DNA of 64,000 nucleotides from the human T2T-CHM13v2.0 reference genome, Homo sapiens: assembly GCF_009914755.1 (NCBI RefSeq), contig NC_060929.1; one strand, given 5' to 3'. Below, piece after piece: positions 52,388 to 64,000 of the stretch (positions within the stretch are counted from its first letter, which is position 1; each line of letters opens with the position of its first letter). Made by a program: the position numbers and the translations under genes. A model generated the notes under the pieces. That model did not search any database, was not told the origin of the DNA, and saw nothing but the letters and a program-made list of their open reading frames with translations.

Positions 52388-55300
52388 AAACTCCAGCAGA
52401 AAAGCTTTGGTATCTAGTTGAGGCAGCATCCTCTACAGGAAGGGCAGAGAAAGGCCGGCCCCTCTTTCTGCCTGCTTCTGGCATGGCTCCTGGCTGTCCC
52501 CAGCATCTGCATTGCCATCTGTAGAGTATGTAAATCCATACAATTAATACTCTTCATAATCTTACCGCAACCATTTTTCTTCACGAATGTGTTCAGTTTC
52601 AGGAAACGCGGCATGTCCTGGAGGCACATTTACATTTCATTATCTCTAAAAGCTTAACTACCGTGACTAATGCTGGATTAATAAGCAGCCCCTTCGAACG
52701 TCGAACTACTTTAAACACCACCACTTACGCAGTCTCACTGGTGGTGGAAGAGGGTGCTTTCAAACAGCCGCTGTGGCTGAGAAGGGGTCAGTCCAGGAAG
52801 CTAAGCAGGTCTAATTTCTGGATCTCCCTTGAGAGACTTTATATTATTCTATCCAAGCAATTAAATCTCAGCCAAAGCTATCAATTTCCCGATGAGCCTG
52901 GGACTGAAAGAAAGTCCAGGTGGAGTCCATGTGGGTCACCTGGAGTGTTCCCAATCCCCGCACCAAGGGAGAACCCTGACTGGCCTGGACTCCAAGCACA
53001 ACACCTAGCTATGAGGCTGTGTGTGCTAAGCACCAGGACCAGACAATGCTCATTTGCAGCTGGAAACCTCATGTACAGCCTTTAAAAGAAGAAAACAAGC
53101 CACCAAGTTGAGAGACATCAAAGTCAGACTCCGGCTGAAAGCCCTGGGACTGCCTCCCTAAGGGACAGCACACGAACCACCCCACTGAGGCAGCCGCAGG
53201 GAGCACACTCCCTCTGGCCCTTTACCAGCAATCCTGGCACCCGGAAGTGCATGCTTTGTAAATTCCAAGCACAACCATTTTGGGCAGATATTCGTTATTA
53301 TTGTATTTTTGTGACACAAGTGAGTGCCGTGTCACAGTCAACTATCAGTGCAGGTAGACAGTGGTGTCCAGAAATCTCTCCCTCCAGACTTTCATCCCAC
53401 CTGACACCTCAGACCCCCAGCATTTTAGCTCATGCAACTGATTTGGGTTTGGCTGCTGCAATGTCTCTGGTTTGTTCAAGATGCTTCTCCCACAAGGATG
53501 TGTTCTGCTCTGAGAACTTGGTCACAGATGCTGGTTGATGCAGAGGCCTTCATCGAAGGGACTGGGCTGCCCCTGCCCTCCAGCCACCTCTGCCCACTCT
53601 ATGCATCACTGGCTAGAGACCCCTTGCTCACCTCCCACAAATGCTCTGGGCCTACCCGTGGCCTTCAGCATAGCAGACCCAGCCCAACTTGTAGGGAGTG
53701 GGCCCACCCTCAGCTTCAGGACTGGCATCCAGGGAGGAGGCTTGCTCAAGGAAAGCCCATCCTCTGCTCCCTCTGCTCCAGGAGAAGGGGCCGAGGCCCT
53801 CAAAGTTCTGGCTCTCTGACTGTCATCCACCTCAAACTGCAAAGAGGCCCAGAAGCTAAGCCATCTACTGTTTACCAACTCTCCTCCCCAGGACCATCCT
53901 GGATCTCCCTGGGCTCCGGACAGCAGCGCTAGCACCCATTGTGACACAGGTTACTGCTTGCTCAGTGGTGCCTAGAGTCTGCATGCTCATCTCCCCGGCA
54001 AGTAGGGTGAAGCAGGGCAGGCCAGAGCACCTGTGGGATCTTGCCCCAGCTCCATGGGGTGACAACTCCACCTCTGTACCAGGAATTATTCTGATCCCTA
54101 TTATCCTTCTTCCACGTATCCCACCAAAAACACCCATTTCTCAGGAAGGGCTAAGAGTCCTGGACGACACTTCATGGGGAGTCAGAATTCCCCATCATGC
54201 CAGGTGACTGACTAGCAGAACCTGCTGCTGAAGGTCACATGGACAGGGAGGCATGCACAGAACACAGGAGGTCTCATCTCCTCCTCCCCCACACCATGAC
54301 CCTAGAAAAGCTCACGAGGGCAGGAGCCAGCCCTGCCGGCTAGACTCCCCCTGCAGCTCCTCAGCCAGAAACAGGGAGGTTAATAAAACACAGGACGAGG
54401 GTCTCCCGAGGGACAACTCTTGGCTGCCTCTGAAGTTTACAAAAGCAGCGCTTCTGATGCCTCAAAGGCTGTCTGCCACGGCTTCCTGTGAATTATTACA
54501 CTGCAGGTTTTCAGGACATTCTGACTGCAATGCCTTGGGAATGAGAGTAATTGTATTTTATCTGTTTGCCAAGAGTTTTCAGTAAACTCCTTTAATGTAC
54601 TGTAAAACTCACAGCCCCAAATAGCAATGTGTGCCTTCTAGCTTATGCACCAGGCACTGAATAAACACAGGGTGATATATGGGGCTGGAGAGGACACTAT
54701 TCATATATTTACACCCTTTACCAAAACACACATTCATCTTAATGACATTACTTACTACATAGCCCAACAAATGGAGCCCTCTGAAGGTCACAGTCACAGG
54801 CGTTCCTCCAAGATGGCCTCCTCAGCTTGCAGAAGACTTGCCCCAAGGCAGTCCTTGTTCCAGGGATTCCCCACCATAGAAAATCAGATGTCCCCCCGCT
54901 TCCCTGTGAGTCAGAACCTGGGGCAGGAAAGCCACCCAAGGCCTCTCCTCCTCATCCCCCAACGACAGGGCCCAGACAGCTGGTGGACACCAATTACCAC
55001 CCCCTACACCCAGACTTCAGCAACAGGCTACCCTCAAATTGGCCTCAACTCCTTCTTCAACCAGGACAAGGGGGAGGAGAAATAGGAGGAGGAAGATGAA
55101 GAAGAGGAGGCAGAGAAAGGAGGGAGGGAAAAGCGGGGGGAGCTGACGGGGGAGGAGGGTGCCTCATTGTGAGGAGGAGGAGCTGGGGGGAGGCGAGGGC
55201 AACAGAGTGGACTTGGTCTTCGGGCCACACCCCCTATCCTCCAAAGTAAGGGTCCAATCGAGACCAGGTGTGGAAGAAAAGCCACCCAAGGGAAAGGCCT

Positions 55301-55469
55301 TGGGCAATGGTGTGCGAGGCCAGAGGCCGGATCTGGGGTTCCATCCAGCCACCAGCCCCTAGGGAGAGCTTGACAAGGGTTTCCCCTTATGCCCCCTCAG
55401 TCAGTTTCCCCATCTAAAACAGAGGAAGTCAGACCCAGTGATCTCTTGAGGCAGACTTCACCCTCACGG

Positions 55470-56102
55470 CCACCATGGTCGGTCCAAACCACCACTGTCT
55501 CTCTCCCTCTGTGTGCCTCTGCCTTCCCACAATGTATTCTCCACACAGGAGCCACAGCAGGCCTACTAAAATGAAAATCAGGTCATGTCACCCCTCTGTT
55601 TGGAACCCTCCAATTCCAACCTCTCAACCAAGACCTACCAAGGCCCTCCAGGATCTGGCCCCCAGCTCATACCCTCTTCCTCACTTCCCCCACTCCAGCC
55701 ACACCAGCCTCCTCCCGGGCTGGACCTGGAAGCCACCGAAGCCCTGGGTCTTTGTATCTGCTGGTGCCTTGCCTGGAATGCCCTTCCCTGAGATATCTCC
55801 AAGGCCTCCTTCCTCTCTGCCTTCAAGTCTTTCCTCAAGAGGCCCCTTCTTTACAAAGCCTTCCCTGGCCAGTCACCCTGAGGCCCCACCTTCCCTTCCT
55901 GCCACTTCTTCTCTCCTTAGCACTTATGATTTCCTGCTGTACCATACATTTTACTTACATTGTCCATTGTTTCTTCCTGTCTACTCTCTAAGAAGAATAT
56001 AAGCTCTGTGAGGGCAGGGATTTCATCTGTTTCGTCCATTGCTGTACACCAGTGCCTAGAATACCTGGCACAGGGCAGGCACTCAATAAATATCTTCTGA
56101 AT
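55470..56102 (+). mobile_element. L2 LINE 3' region
   Basis: aaatcaggtcatgtcacccctctg...aaggccctccaggatctggccc...gcctggaatgcccttcc...aagctctgtgagggcaggga...ggcactcaataaatatc. Confidence 0.8.
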
Positions 56103-56279
56103 TTTTAAGGACCAAGTCCTTATCTAACCCATCCAGAAGCCTTGTTTTATATATACATACATACATGCATATATATACACACACATGCACACACACATAT
56201 ATATATTTACAGAACAAAGTTCCAATTTACCTTCAAACCTGAAATAGAATACAAATCCCACATCAATTAACTAGGACCT

Positions 56280-56590
56280 GGCCCGGCACAGTGGCTCACA
56301 CCTGTAATCCCAGCACTTTGGGAGGCCAAGCCACGAGGATCACTTGAGCCCAGGACTTCAAGACAAGCCTGGGCAACATCGAAAGACCCCATCTCTACAA
56401 AAAAAAAAAAAAAAATTTAAATAAATGAGCTGGTCATGATGGCACATGCCTGTCAGTCAGTCCCAGCTACCTGGGAGACTGAGGTAGAAGGATCAGGATC
56501 ACTTGAGCCCAGGTGTTCAAGACTGCAGTGAGCTATGATTGTACCACCACACTCCAGACTGGGCGGCAGAGTGAGACTCAAAAACAAACA
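56280..56590 (+). mobile_element. AluJ
   Basis: J-type ggatcacttgagcccagg in both arms; TSD aattaactaggacct / aattaactaacacct. Confidence 0.9.
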
Positions 56591-56972
56591 AATTAACTAA
56601 CACCTACTTCTTTTGAAGCAGGCACACTTGGAGGCTGCCCCCACCCTGCCCTCATCCTCTGTTTTCAATACCATCAGGCACTCTCTCCATGCCAGGGGTC
56701 AGTGTCTCCTTTGATCATCACGTGGGTTCCAGCATTTTGGCAAGAAAGCTGTTTCACTGTTCATGTCATACAAAAGAATGGTGGAGCTTAGCTCTCTGGT
56801 GCAGACACACCTCCTTCTTTTGGGGGTGAGGAGATCCTACAGAAATCCATCCTGGCTCCCAAGTTAGCCATATGCATCCAGAATAAGGTCACCAGGGCCA
56901 GGCGTTCTGCCATGTTGGCTGCCCTAGCCTGTCCAGCAGCTTTAGGAAAGAATTCCAGACGTGAGAGAAGGT

Positions 56973-57130
56973 GGACATTGGACATGGGCGATCTTGGACA
57001 TCGACATGAGAGGCCATGGCAATTATGCATGAGGGATCATAGACACAGACACAGGAGACCAAGGATATCGGACATGGGGCAACCTGAACACTGGACTGGG
57101 GAGGCCACAGACATCAACTGTGAGAGAGGG
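56973..57130. repeat. Degenerate ~22-23 bp tandem repeat, ~7 units
   Basis: Units ggacattggacatgggcgatctt / ggacatcgacatgagaggccat / ... / ggatatcggacatggggcaacct / gaacactggactggggaggccac. Confidence 0.6.
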
Positions 57131-57226
57131 CAGCCATGGCTTCAGGATTGGGTGGGGAGCCTAGGACTCTTCCTTCACAAGCCTGTCTTGTGGGTAGACC
57201 TCAGCTTTTTTCCCCTGGGTCCCCAC

Positions 57227-57870
<644 letters not shown>

Positions 57871-57920
57871 TGCCAGGACCAGATAATGCTTATCTGCAGC
57901 TGGAAACCTCATGTACAGCC

Positions 57921-57951
<31 letters not shown>

Positions 57952-58329
57952 CCAAGTTGAGAGACATCAAATATATCAAAGTCAGATCTACATGGCCCTG
58001 GAGTCAGACTCTACAAAGCCACTATCTTGCCCTGGAAGTTAGTGTGTCCTGCACTTGACTCTAGTCTCCTCAGTGAGAGCTGAGTCCCCAGTGGTGGTTA
58101 GCTCCTGCCACAGCGTTAAGCTGATGAGGTGAGTGCTTCCACGCCACCTGGCAGGTAGGTGCTCATCAGATGAGCTGCAGCCACAGTGAGCACTCTCCCT
58201 GAGGCTTGCTGGCTGACCCCTTAATGGTGTTCTCCATCTTTCTTCCTCCCTAAGTTTACATCAGGATTCTGCAAGAGTCAGGATTTCTTAGAAATCCTGA
58301 TTCCCATCCTGACCCTGTAAACATTAAGC

Positions 58330-59790
58330 CTGCTCTTCCCACAGCCTTCCATTTCAGAGAGGGCCCACGCCATCCTTCCAGTTGCTCAGGACAAAATCTA
58401 GGAGTCATGTTTCATTCCTTCCTTTCTCTCGAAGACCACATGCTTGTCCAATCTGTCAGCATGTCCTGCCGGGTCTACCTTCAAAACACATGCAGGATCT
58501 GATCACTTCACTCCACCTCTATCCTACAACCCTGGTCCAGGCCACCACCCTCTCTGGCCAGATTATTGCCTTGGCCTCCTTCTACTCACCACCACCTAGT
58601 CTGTTCTTATGATCAGCAGAATGATGCCCCCAAAGACGCCCACCTGTTCATCCCTGTAACCTATGACTATGATGCCTTACATGGCTAAAGGGCCTTTGCA
58701 GATGGGGTTGAGGTTCACGACCTTGAGCCAGGGACAGCAGTCTGTATTACCCAAGTGGGCCCAGTCTAATCACTGGTGTCCTTAAAATCAGAGAACCTTT
58801 TCCGGCTGTGGTCACAAACGTGACAATGGAAGGAGGAGGTCAGAGAGAAGACAGTGTGAGGATCCAACAGCATTGTTGGCTCTGAGAGGTAAGAGGCTCC
58901 ATGCAAGGATCCCAGCAGGGCCTGTAGGAGGCAGGGGCAGCCCCAGCTGACAGCAAGGAAACAGGACCTCAGGCCTGCAGCCCATGGAACCAAACTCGGC
59001 CAATATCTGAAAGAGTGAGGAAAACCGACCCTCCTCTAGAGTCCCAAGAGGAACACACTCTGCTGACACCTTGATTTTAGCCAAAGTCAAGAGCTTTTCA
59101 GACTTCTGACTTAGCACTGTAAAGTAATAGATTTGTGGTTTTTTAAGCCACTAAATTTGTGGTAATTTGTTACAGCAGCAGCTGGAAAGTAATCCAATTC
59201 CCCATCCAGCAGCCTGGCAAAATGGAAGTCAGATCATGTCACTTCTCTGCTCAAAACACTCCATTGGCTTTTAATCTGACCCAGGGTAAAAACCAAAGTC
59301 CTTACAAAGCTGGAAAGGCCTGTGGCTTGGGCCCTCCGTTTCCTGCCGTTCTTTCTCTCGCTTCCCCGCTGGATCTCCCCAGCTCCTCCTGGCTTTCTCC
59401 TTGCTGCTGCTCCAATGCACCAAGTGCATCTCTGCTCCAGGACATCTGCATGGGTTACTCCCTCTGCCTGGGACCTCTTGCCCCAGATGTCTGTGAGCCT
59501 CCTTCCCTCCCTTCAGTGTCTGCTCAATGTCATCTTTCAGAGGGGCCTTCTCTGACTCCTCCACATGCAAGTGCAAACCTTCCCCTGCCCCAGGACACCC
59601 CATCTCCCTTCCTGATTTGTTTATCTTCTTAGCACCTCATATATACGTATATTCATTTACTGTCTTTTCCTCTGTCCCACCCCACCTCCAACTAGAAGGT
59701 AAGCCCCATGAAGGCAGGAATTTTGATCTATGTTTGTTACTTCGCTATGTATTTCCAGACCCTAAAGCAGTGCTTTGCGTGTACCCAGGG
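58330..59790 (+). mobile_element. L2 LINE split by an MLT1 LTR
   Basis: catccttccagttgctcagg...ctggtccaggccaccacc resumes after 59200 as gtcagatcatgtcacttctctgctcaaaac...taagccccatgaaggcagg. Confidence 0.75.
58608..59196 (+). mobile_element. MaLR LTR (MLT1E-like)
   Basis: cccccaaagacg...ccttacatggc...ctttgcagatg...ccagctgacagcaaggaaac...ttaagccactaaatttgtggtaatttgttacagcagc. Confidence 0.8.
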
Positions 59791-60157
59791 CCCTGGAATA
59801 TTTGGTAAGGACTGCGTGACCTCGCCCCTGTCTCATGGAGAAACAGTATTGTAAGGGAAGTGGGAGGCTGTCTATTCACATGGCCCACATCCCCAGCAAG
59901 TTTGCTTCTGAACTCTTTCCACCCTGTGTGATGACCCACGAGGGCCCCAGAACCTGGCCCTCTACCCACCCCAAGCAGCGGCCATGTGGGCAGGAAATAG
60001 CATGCACAAAGGCCTGAGGACTGGCCCATCACTGCTTGCTGTCCCACATCCCCTAACAAAAGGTAACAATGGATGATATGTGATCTGCCCTTCCAGTTCC
60101 AGGGACTCTCCCCTCTCTACTGTGGGCCCTCCCACACACCCACCTAGAACAGCTGGA

Positions 60158-60479
60158 GCTGTGCTGCCCAATACAGTAGCCACCAGCCACATGTGGCTTT
60201 TGAGCCTTGAACTGTGACTAATATAAACTGACATGTGTGAGCATAAAATATACTCTGGATTTCAAAGACTTTGTACAAAACAAGAATGTAAATATAGACT
60301 CTCATTAACAGTTTTATGTATTGATTACACATTGAATGACGGTATTTTGGAGAAATCAGATTAAATAAAAAGCATGATTCGAATTAATGTTACCATTCCC
60401 TTTCACTTTTTTCACGTGGCTACTAGAAAATATAAAGTTGCATGTGTGGTTCACACTGTATTTTTGTAGGACAGTGCTG
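60158..60479 (+). mobile_element. MER33
   Basis: gctgcccaatacagtagccaccagccacatgtggc...ggatttcaaagactt...gtggctactagaaaat...ggacagtgct. Confidence 0.82.
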
Positions 60480-62409
60480 ATCTGGAGGGAAAAAGCCATC
60501 TGGGAAGCAATGCTGAGCACAGGTGGGAGGCTTTCCTCTGTGGTCCCCATGCTCCCTCCCCGGAGAGTTGCTTCTGCCTGTTCATCACAACAAATGAGAA
60601 AACTGAATCCTCCTCTGAAGCCAGGAAGCACCAGCCTCAGTGGTTGCTGATGGGGTTCCAAGTCCCCTGCAGCCTGGGCCTCAGACAGTGGCTAGAAAGG
60701 TCAGCCATGTCTGCTCCATGGGAGGCTCCTTTGCCAGATGTGGCCTTTGTGCCCAGAGGGCCCCAAACATGGTCATTCCCTTGGGTGAGTCTCTTGTGGA
60801 ATGCATTGAGGTCAAAGAAGTGGCTGAGATGGGAGCTCTGCCTCTGCAGACTGGCATCTCTGTCCAAGCTGGAATCATATAGATTTGGAGCCCAATGTGG
60901 GCACCCCATTTTGGTTTCTGGCTGTATCTCCAGCACTCTGAGCCAGGGTCTTGGCCCATGAACACCAGGGGCATGGTTGTTGGAGGACATGGCCTGAGGT
61001 GTGGGCCGCAGCATCTGGAGATGTGGCACTTTGTTTTTAAAAATAAGATGAGTCCCGGGTTTCTGGCACTAATGACTCTCAGATCCTATCACCCTTAAAA
61101 ATATCCTCCAAAGGTGGCTGTTGTCACTGCATTTTTAGCACATACTATTTCCAAGGCTGCAAACATTCTGGGGCCCTGCTGGAGTGGAGACTGCAGATGT
61201 GTGAGTCTGTGAAGGCAGCAGCAGCTGCGGAGGTGGAACCAGTCCCCTCTGAGGCTGGCAGGCTTGGGGACTGTGTTTAGCTGCTGCGGAGGAGGGGCAG
61301 ATAGCAAGGTGGGGAGCCTGGCTCGGAGGCAGGGTGACCTGCCCTGGGAGAGCCACCTTGACCACCCAGACACGGAGGCTCAGGAACCAGCCATCAGCCT
61401 CCCCCAAATCCACCTCTCACCTCACCCTACATGCCCAGGTAGCTTAGAAGTCTCTTAGAGACACACTGAGGCAGATACTCAGTGGATCTGCAAATTCCAA
61501 ATCTCCCAGTTTCCCACCCAGGATAAAAAGGTTGATGACAGAAGCCCAAAAAACCAAGGTCCACATTTATGATGTTTTTTGCTCTTTGGGAGATTCAGAG
61601 ACATCAAATTGGAATAATGAAGTTTTAGAAACTAACACAGGTGTCTCCGGATTAAATCACAGGACTCCCTTTTCATTCTCTATGAGGCTGCCCCTTTACA
61701 GAATTTTGCCAAAGTTTCAGAGCTGTCACAGGCAGCTTCTCTCCAAGTGTGAATTATCTGAGTGAACATGCAACTTTCATCTGGTTTCTGTGTCCTTGGG
61801 CCCTGATCACTGCCCAGCAATTCAGAGAAGAAAAACTGACACAGGTTTTTGCCATCTATAAAAAAAATAGAAATAGAGGCCCTGGGTGTATCCCAAAGCC
61901 ACCTGTGGGTATCTGGGGTGGGGGGGTGGAGTGACAGTCACTGTTTTGGATAATCTTTGGAAAGAATCCCTGATCAGTGGGCTGAGATGGAGAGAAGGCT
62001 TGCAGAGGAGCCATGGAAGCCATCCACCCACCCCTGCCCCTGGAATCAACTGCATGAATGGCCCTCAGGGATCAGGATGGAGATGAGCGGAGCCCTTGCT
62101 CTGGCCTCTGGGACATCTCTTTGCTCTCTGAGGATGGCTGGGTCTGGGGTTCAAGTGCAGCTGGAATATGGGAGTCTTGCAGGTAAGCAGCTCTGATGGG
62201 GAGCATATCACTGAGCCAGCCCCCACCTCTGGCCTCAAACCCACCAAGCTATTGGCCTTGAGGGGCAGCTGAACTTGATAGACATCTTCTTTCCTCTGAG
62301 CAGATCTGGCTGGTATAGAGAAAGGACTCAAAGAACAGGACTCATCAGAAAGGATCAAAGACTTGGCCTCCCCTCCAGCCAACCCCTCCCAATTGAGCAG
62401 TGGAGGACA

Positions 62410-62590
62410 GTGGATGCTTAACAGCACAGACTCTAGAGTGAAAAATGCATGGGTACTAATTCCAGTTCTGCCACTTTGTGGCTTTGAGACCCTGGATGGG
62501 TGACCTGACTTGAAAAATGGGAATAATACCACCCAGTTTATTAGCTGGCTGTGAGTCTTCAGTGAGATGCTGCAAGGAAAGCTCTTAGCT
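62410..62590 (+). mobile_element. MIR
   Basis: gcacagactctagagt...tccagttctgccactt...gaccctgg...aaaatgggaataatacc. Confidence 0.65.
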
Positions 62591-64000
62591 TCTCCAGAGG
62601 GCACCACTGGGGGCAGACCCAGGGCAGGCATGAAGATGCTGCCTCCAGAGGTGCACAGGGTAAGCCTGTGTGCCCTGGAGCAAGAATCCTTCTTGCAATG
62701 GAAGCTGCTGTTTCGCCCATATAGCTAACACTTCATGGACCACTCACCCAGTGCTCCTTTCAGAACATGCCCCATGCAGGGTCGTCCTACCATCCTCTGC
62801 AATGAGCCAGCCGGATGAAGCTCCTAAGACTGGGAGAGGGAGCCACTCTGCATCCTTGGGCCTCAGAAACACAGCACAGAGCCCCCAGGATTGGTGACTT
62901 ATTTCTGAGTTCCTCACCCCCTCCCCATGGTGCTTCGTTTATGGACTTTTAGGGTCTCCCTGTCATGGCCATGATGACCAGATAAATAAACTTGGCTAAG
63001 TTAGAAATTCTAGTCCAGAGAAGCTCGTAGAGGACTTGGACCCATGGCTTCCATTAATAGAGCATATTTCAGCAAAGGCCTCTTAAATCTTGAAGGCTCC
63101 GGGGCAGGAGCTGTGGCGTGATGGATGCACTCACTCTAATGGCTCGATGGGAGCTGGAAATCAAAGTGAGGGGTGAATGTGTGCTGGTTGGAAGAAGGCC
63201 TTCTGCAGCCAGGGCACTGGTTGCTTTCAGGCTTGGCTGTCCCTTTGGGTATTGAGAGTTGAGTGACCTCTGAGGGCCATACCAATGCCCACCCAGAGGG
63301 CCAAGGGAACCCTGGCCTGCGAGTCAGGCCACCCACCACCAGCTCACCATGGGAGCTCAGACTGGGTCTTCACCACACTATGCCTCAGTTCCTTCATCTG
63401 TCCTGTGAGCTGGCTGAGCTGGATGGTCTCTAACTGGAGGCCCTCTCTCTTATGTTAGAGGCATGTGGCATCAGCTCACAAGGCACCGCCTCCAAAGAGG
63501 AAAACTGGTTGTCTTGTCCCAGAGGAATGCAATTTTCCAGGGACTTCTCAGTCGTGATGAGAGCAGAGGGTTTGGGGATCCAGCTCACTCAGGAGTTTGA
63601 AAACAAAGAACTTTGAGAACAAAGAACTATCAGAGCTGCTTTTAGTCTCCCCAAGGGCAGAGACAGTGGTTCAGCCAAGAAGGGACTTGGGACTTGAGAA
63701 TGCTGGAAAGAGAAAGGTAAGATTGCCTGTGGCGCTAACCCCACCTTGGTCCAAATTACTTCTGACCCGTGGAACAGGACCAGGGACACTGCCTCTGAAC
63801 TTCTGATTGCAAGAAAACACTTCTCTAAACATTGTGCAGCAGCATCCTTCAGGACCGTAAGACAGTGGCTGTGCAGCACAAAGCCCTCGTGTTCTTTGCT
63901 CACCTCTTGCCTCTCTTCCTTTCTGCCTCCCTTGTGTGTTTTCCTGTGTCTGCTTTTCTCCAGTGTTCACCACCTCTTTATGGACACTGACAGAGTGTTC

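Noticed and set aside
53310-53336. Inverted repeat TGTGACAC-N11-GTGTCACA
   Set aside because: 8-bp arms with a free spacer are expected many times by chance in 64 kb

Overview
This is hominoid (human-like) nuclear DNA, not microbial: it is CpG-depleted and contains Alu, L1, SVA, ERV1/MaLR LTRs, MIR, L2 and MER DNA transposons. I cannot identify any protein-coding gene or exon chain, so the window reads as intergenic or deep-intronic. Nearly all ORF-track entries are chance or repeat-derived frames, many starting at GTG/TTG. The only recognisable protein sequence is disrupted L1 ORF1/ORF2-start (21.8-23.2 kb) and HERV-K np9/rec/env C-terminal frames in the SINE-R of a full-length old SVA (26.7-28.5 kb). 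The strongest observations are: (1) a 1.9-kb L1PA fragment with no 3' end or poly(A) but a 20-bp TSD and priming microhomology; (2) a four-level MIR>MLT1F>AluJ>SVA nest whose SVA keeps an open 59-codon Np9 C-terminal frame; (3) two non-tandem templated duplications at LTR edges; (4) a tandem AluY-AluS pair under one TSD; (5) a MER41B LTR with both GAS/STAT sites intact inside an LTR cluster. Also present are a MER85 MITE, a U13 snoRNA retrocopy, a perfect (GGAA)15 and several repeat-free candidate enhancers. I found no evidence for a new multi-gene biological system. Repeat subfamily names come from recalled consensus sequences, not from a run alignment, and boundaries of old repeats are approximate.
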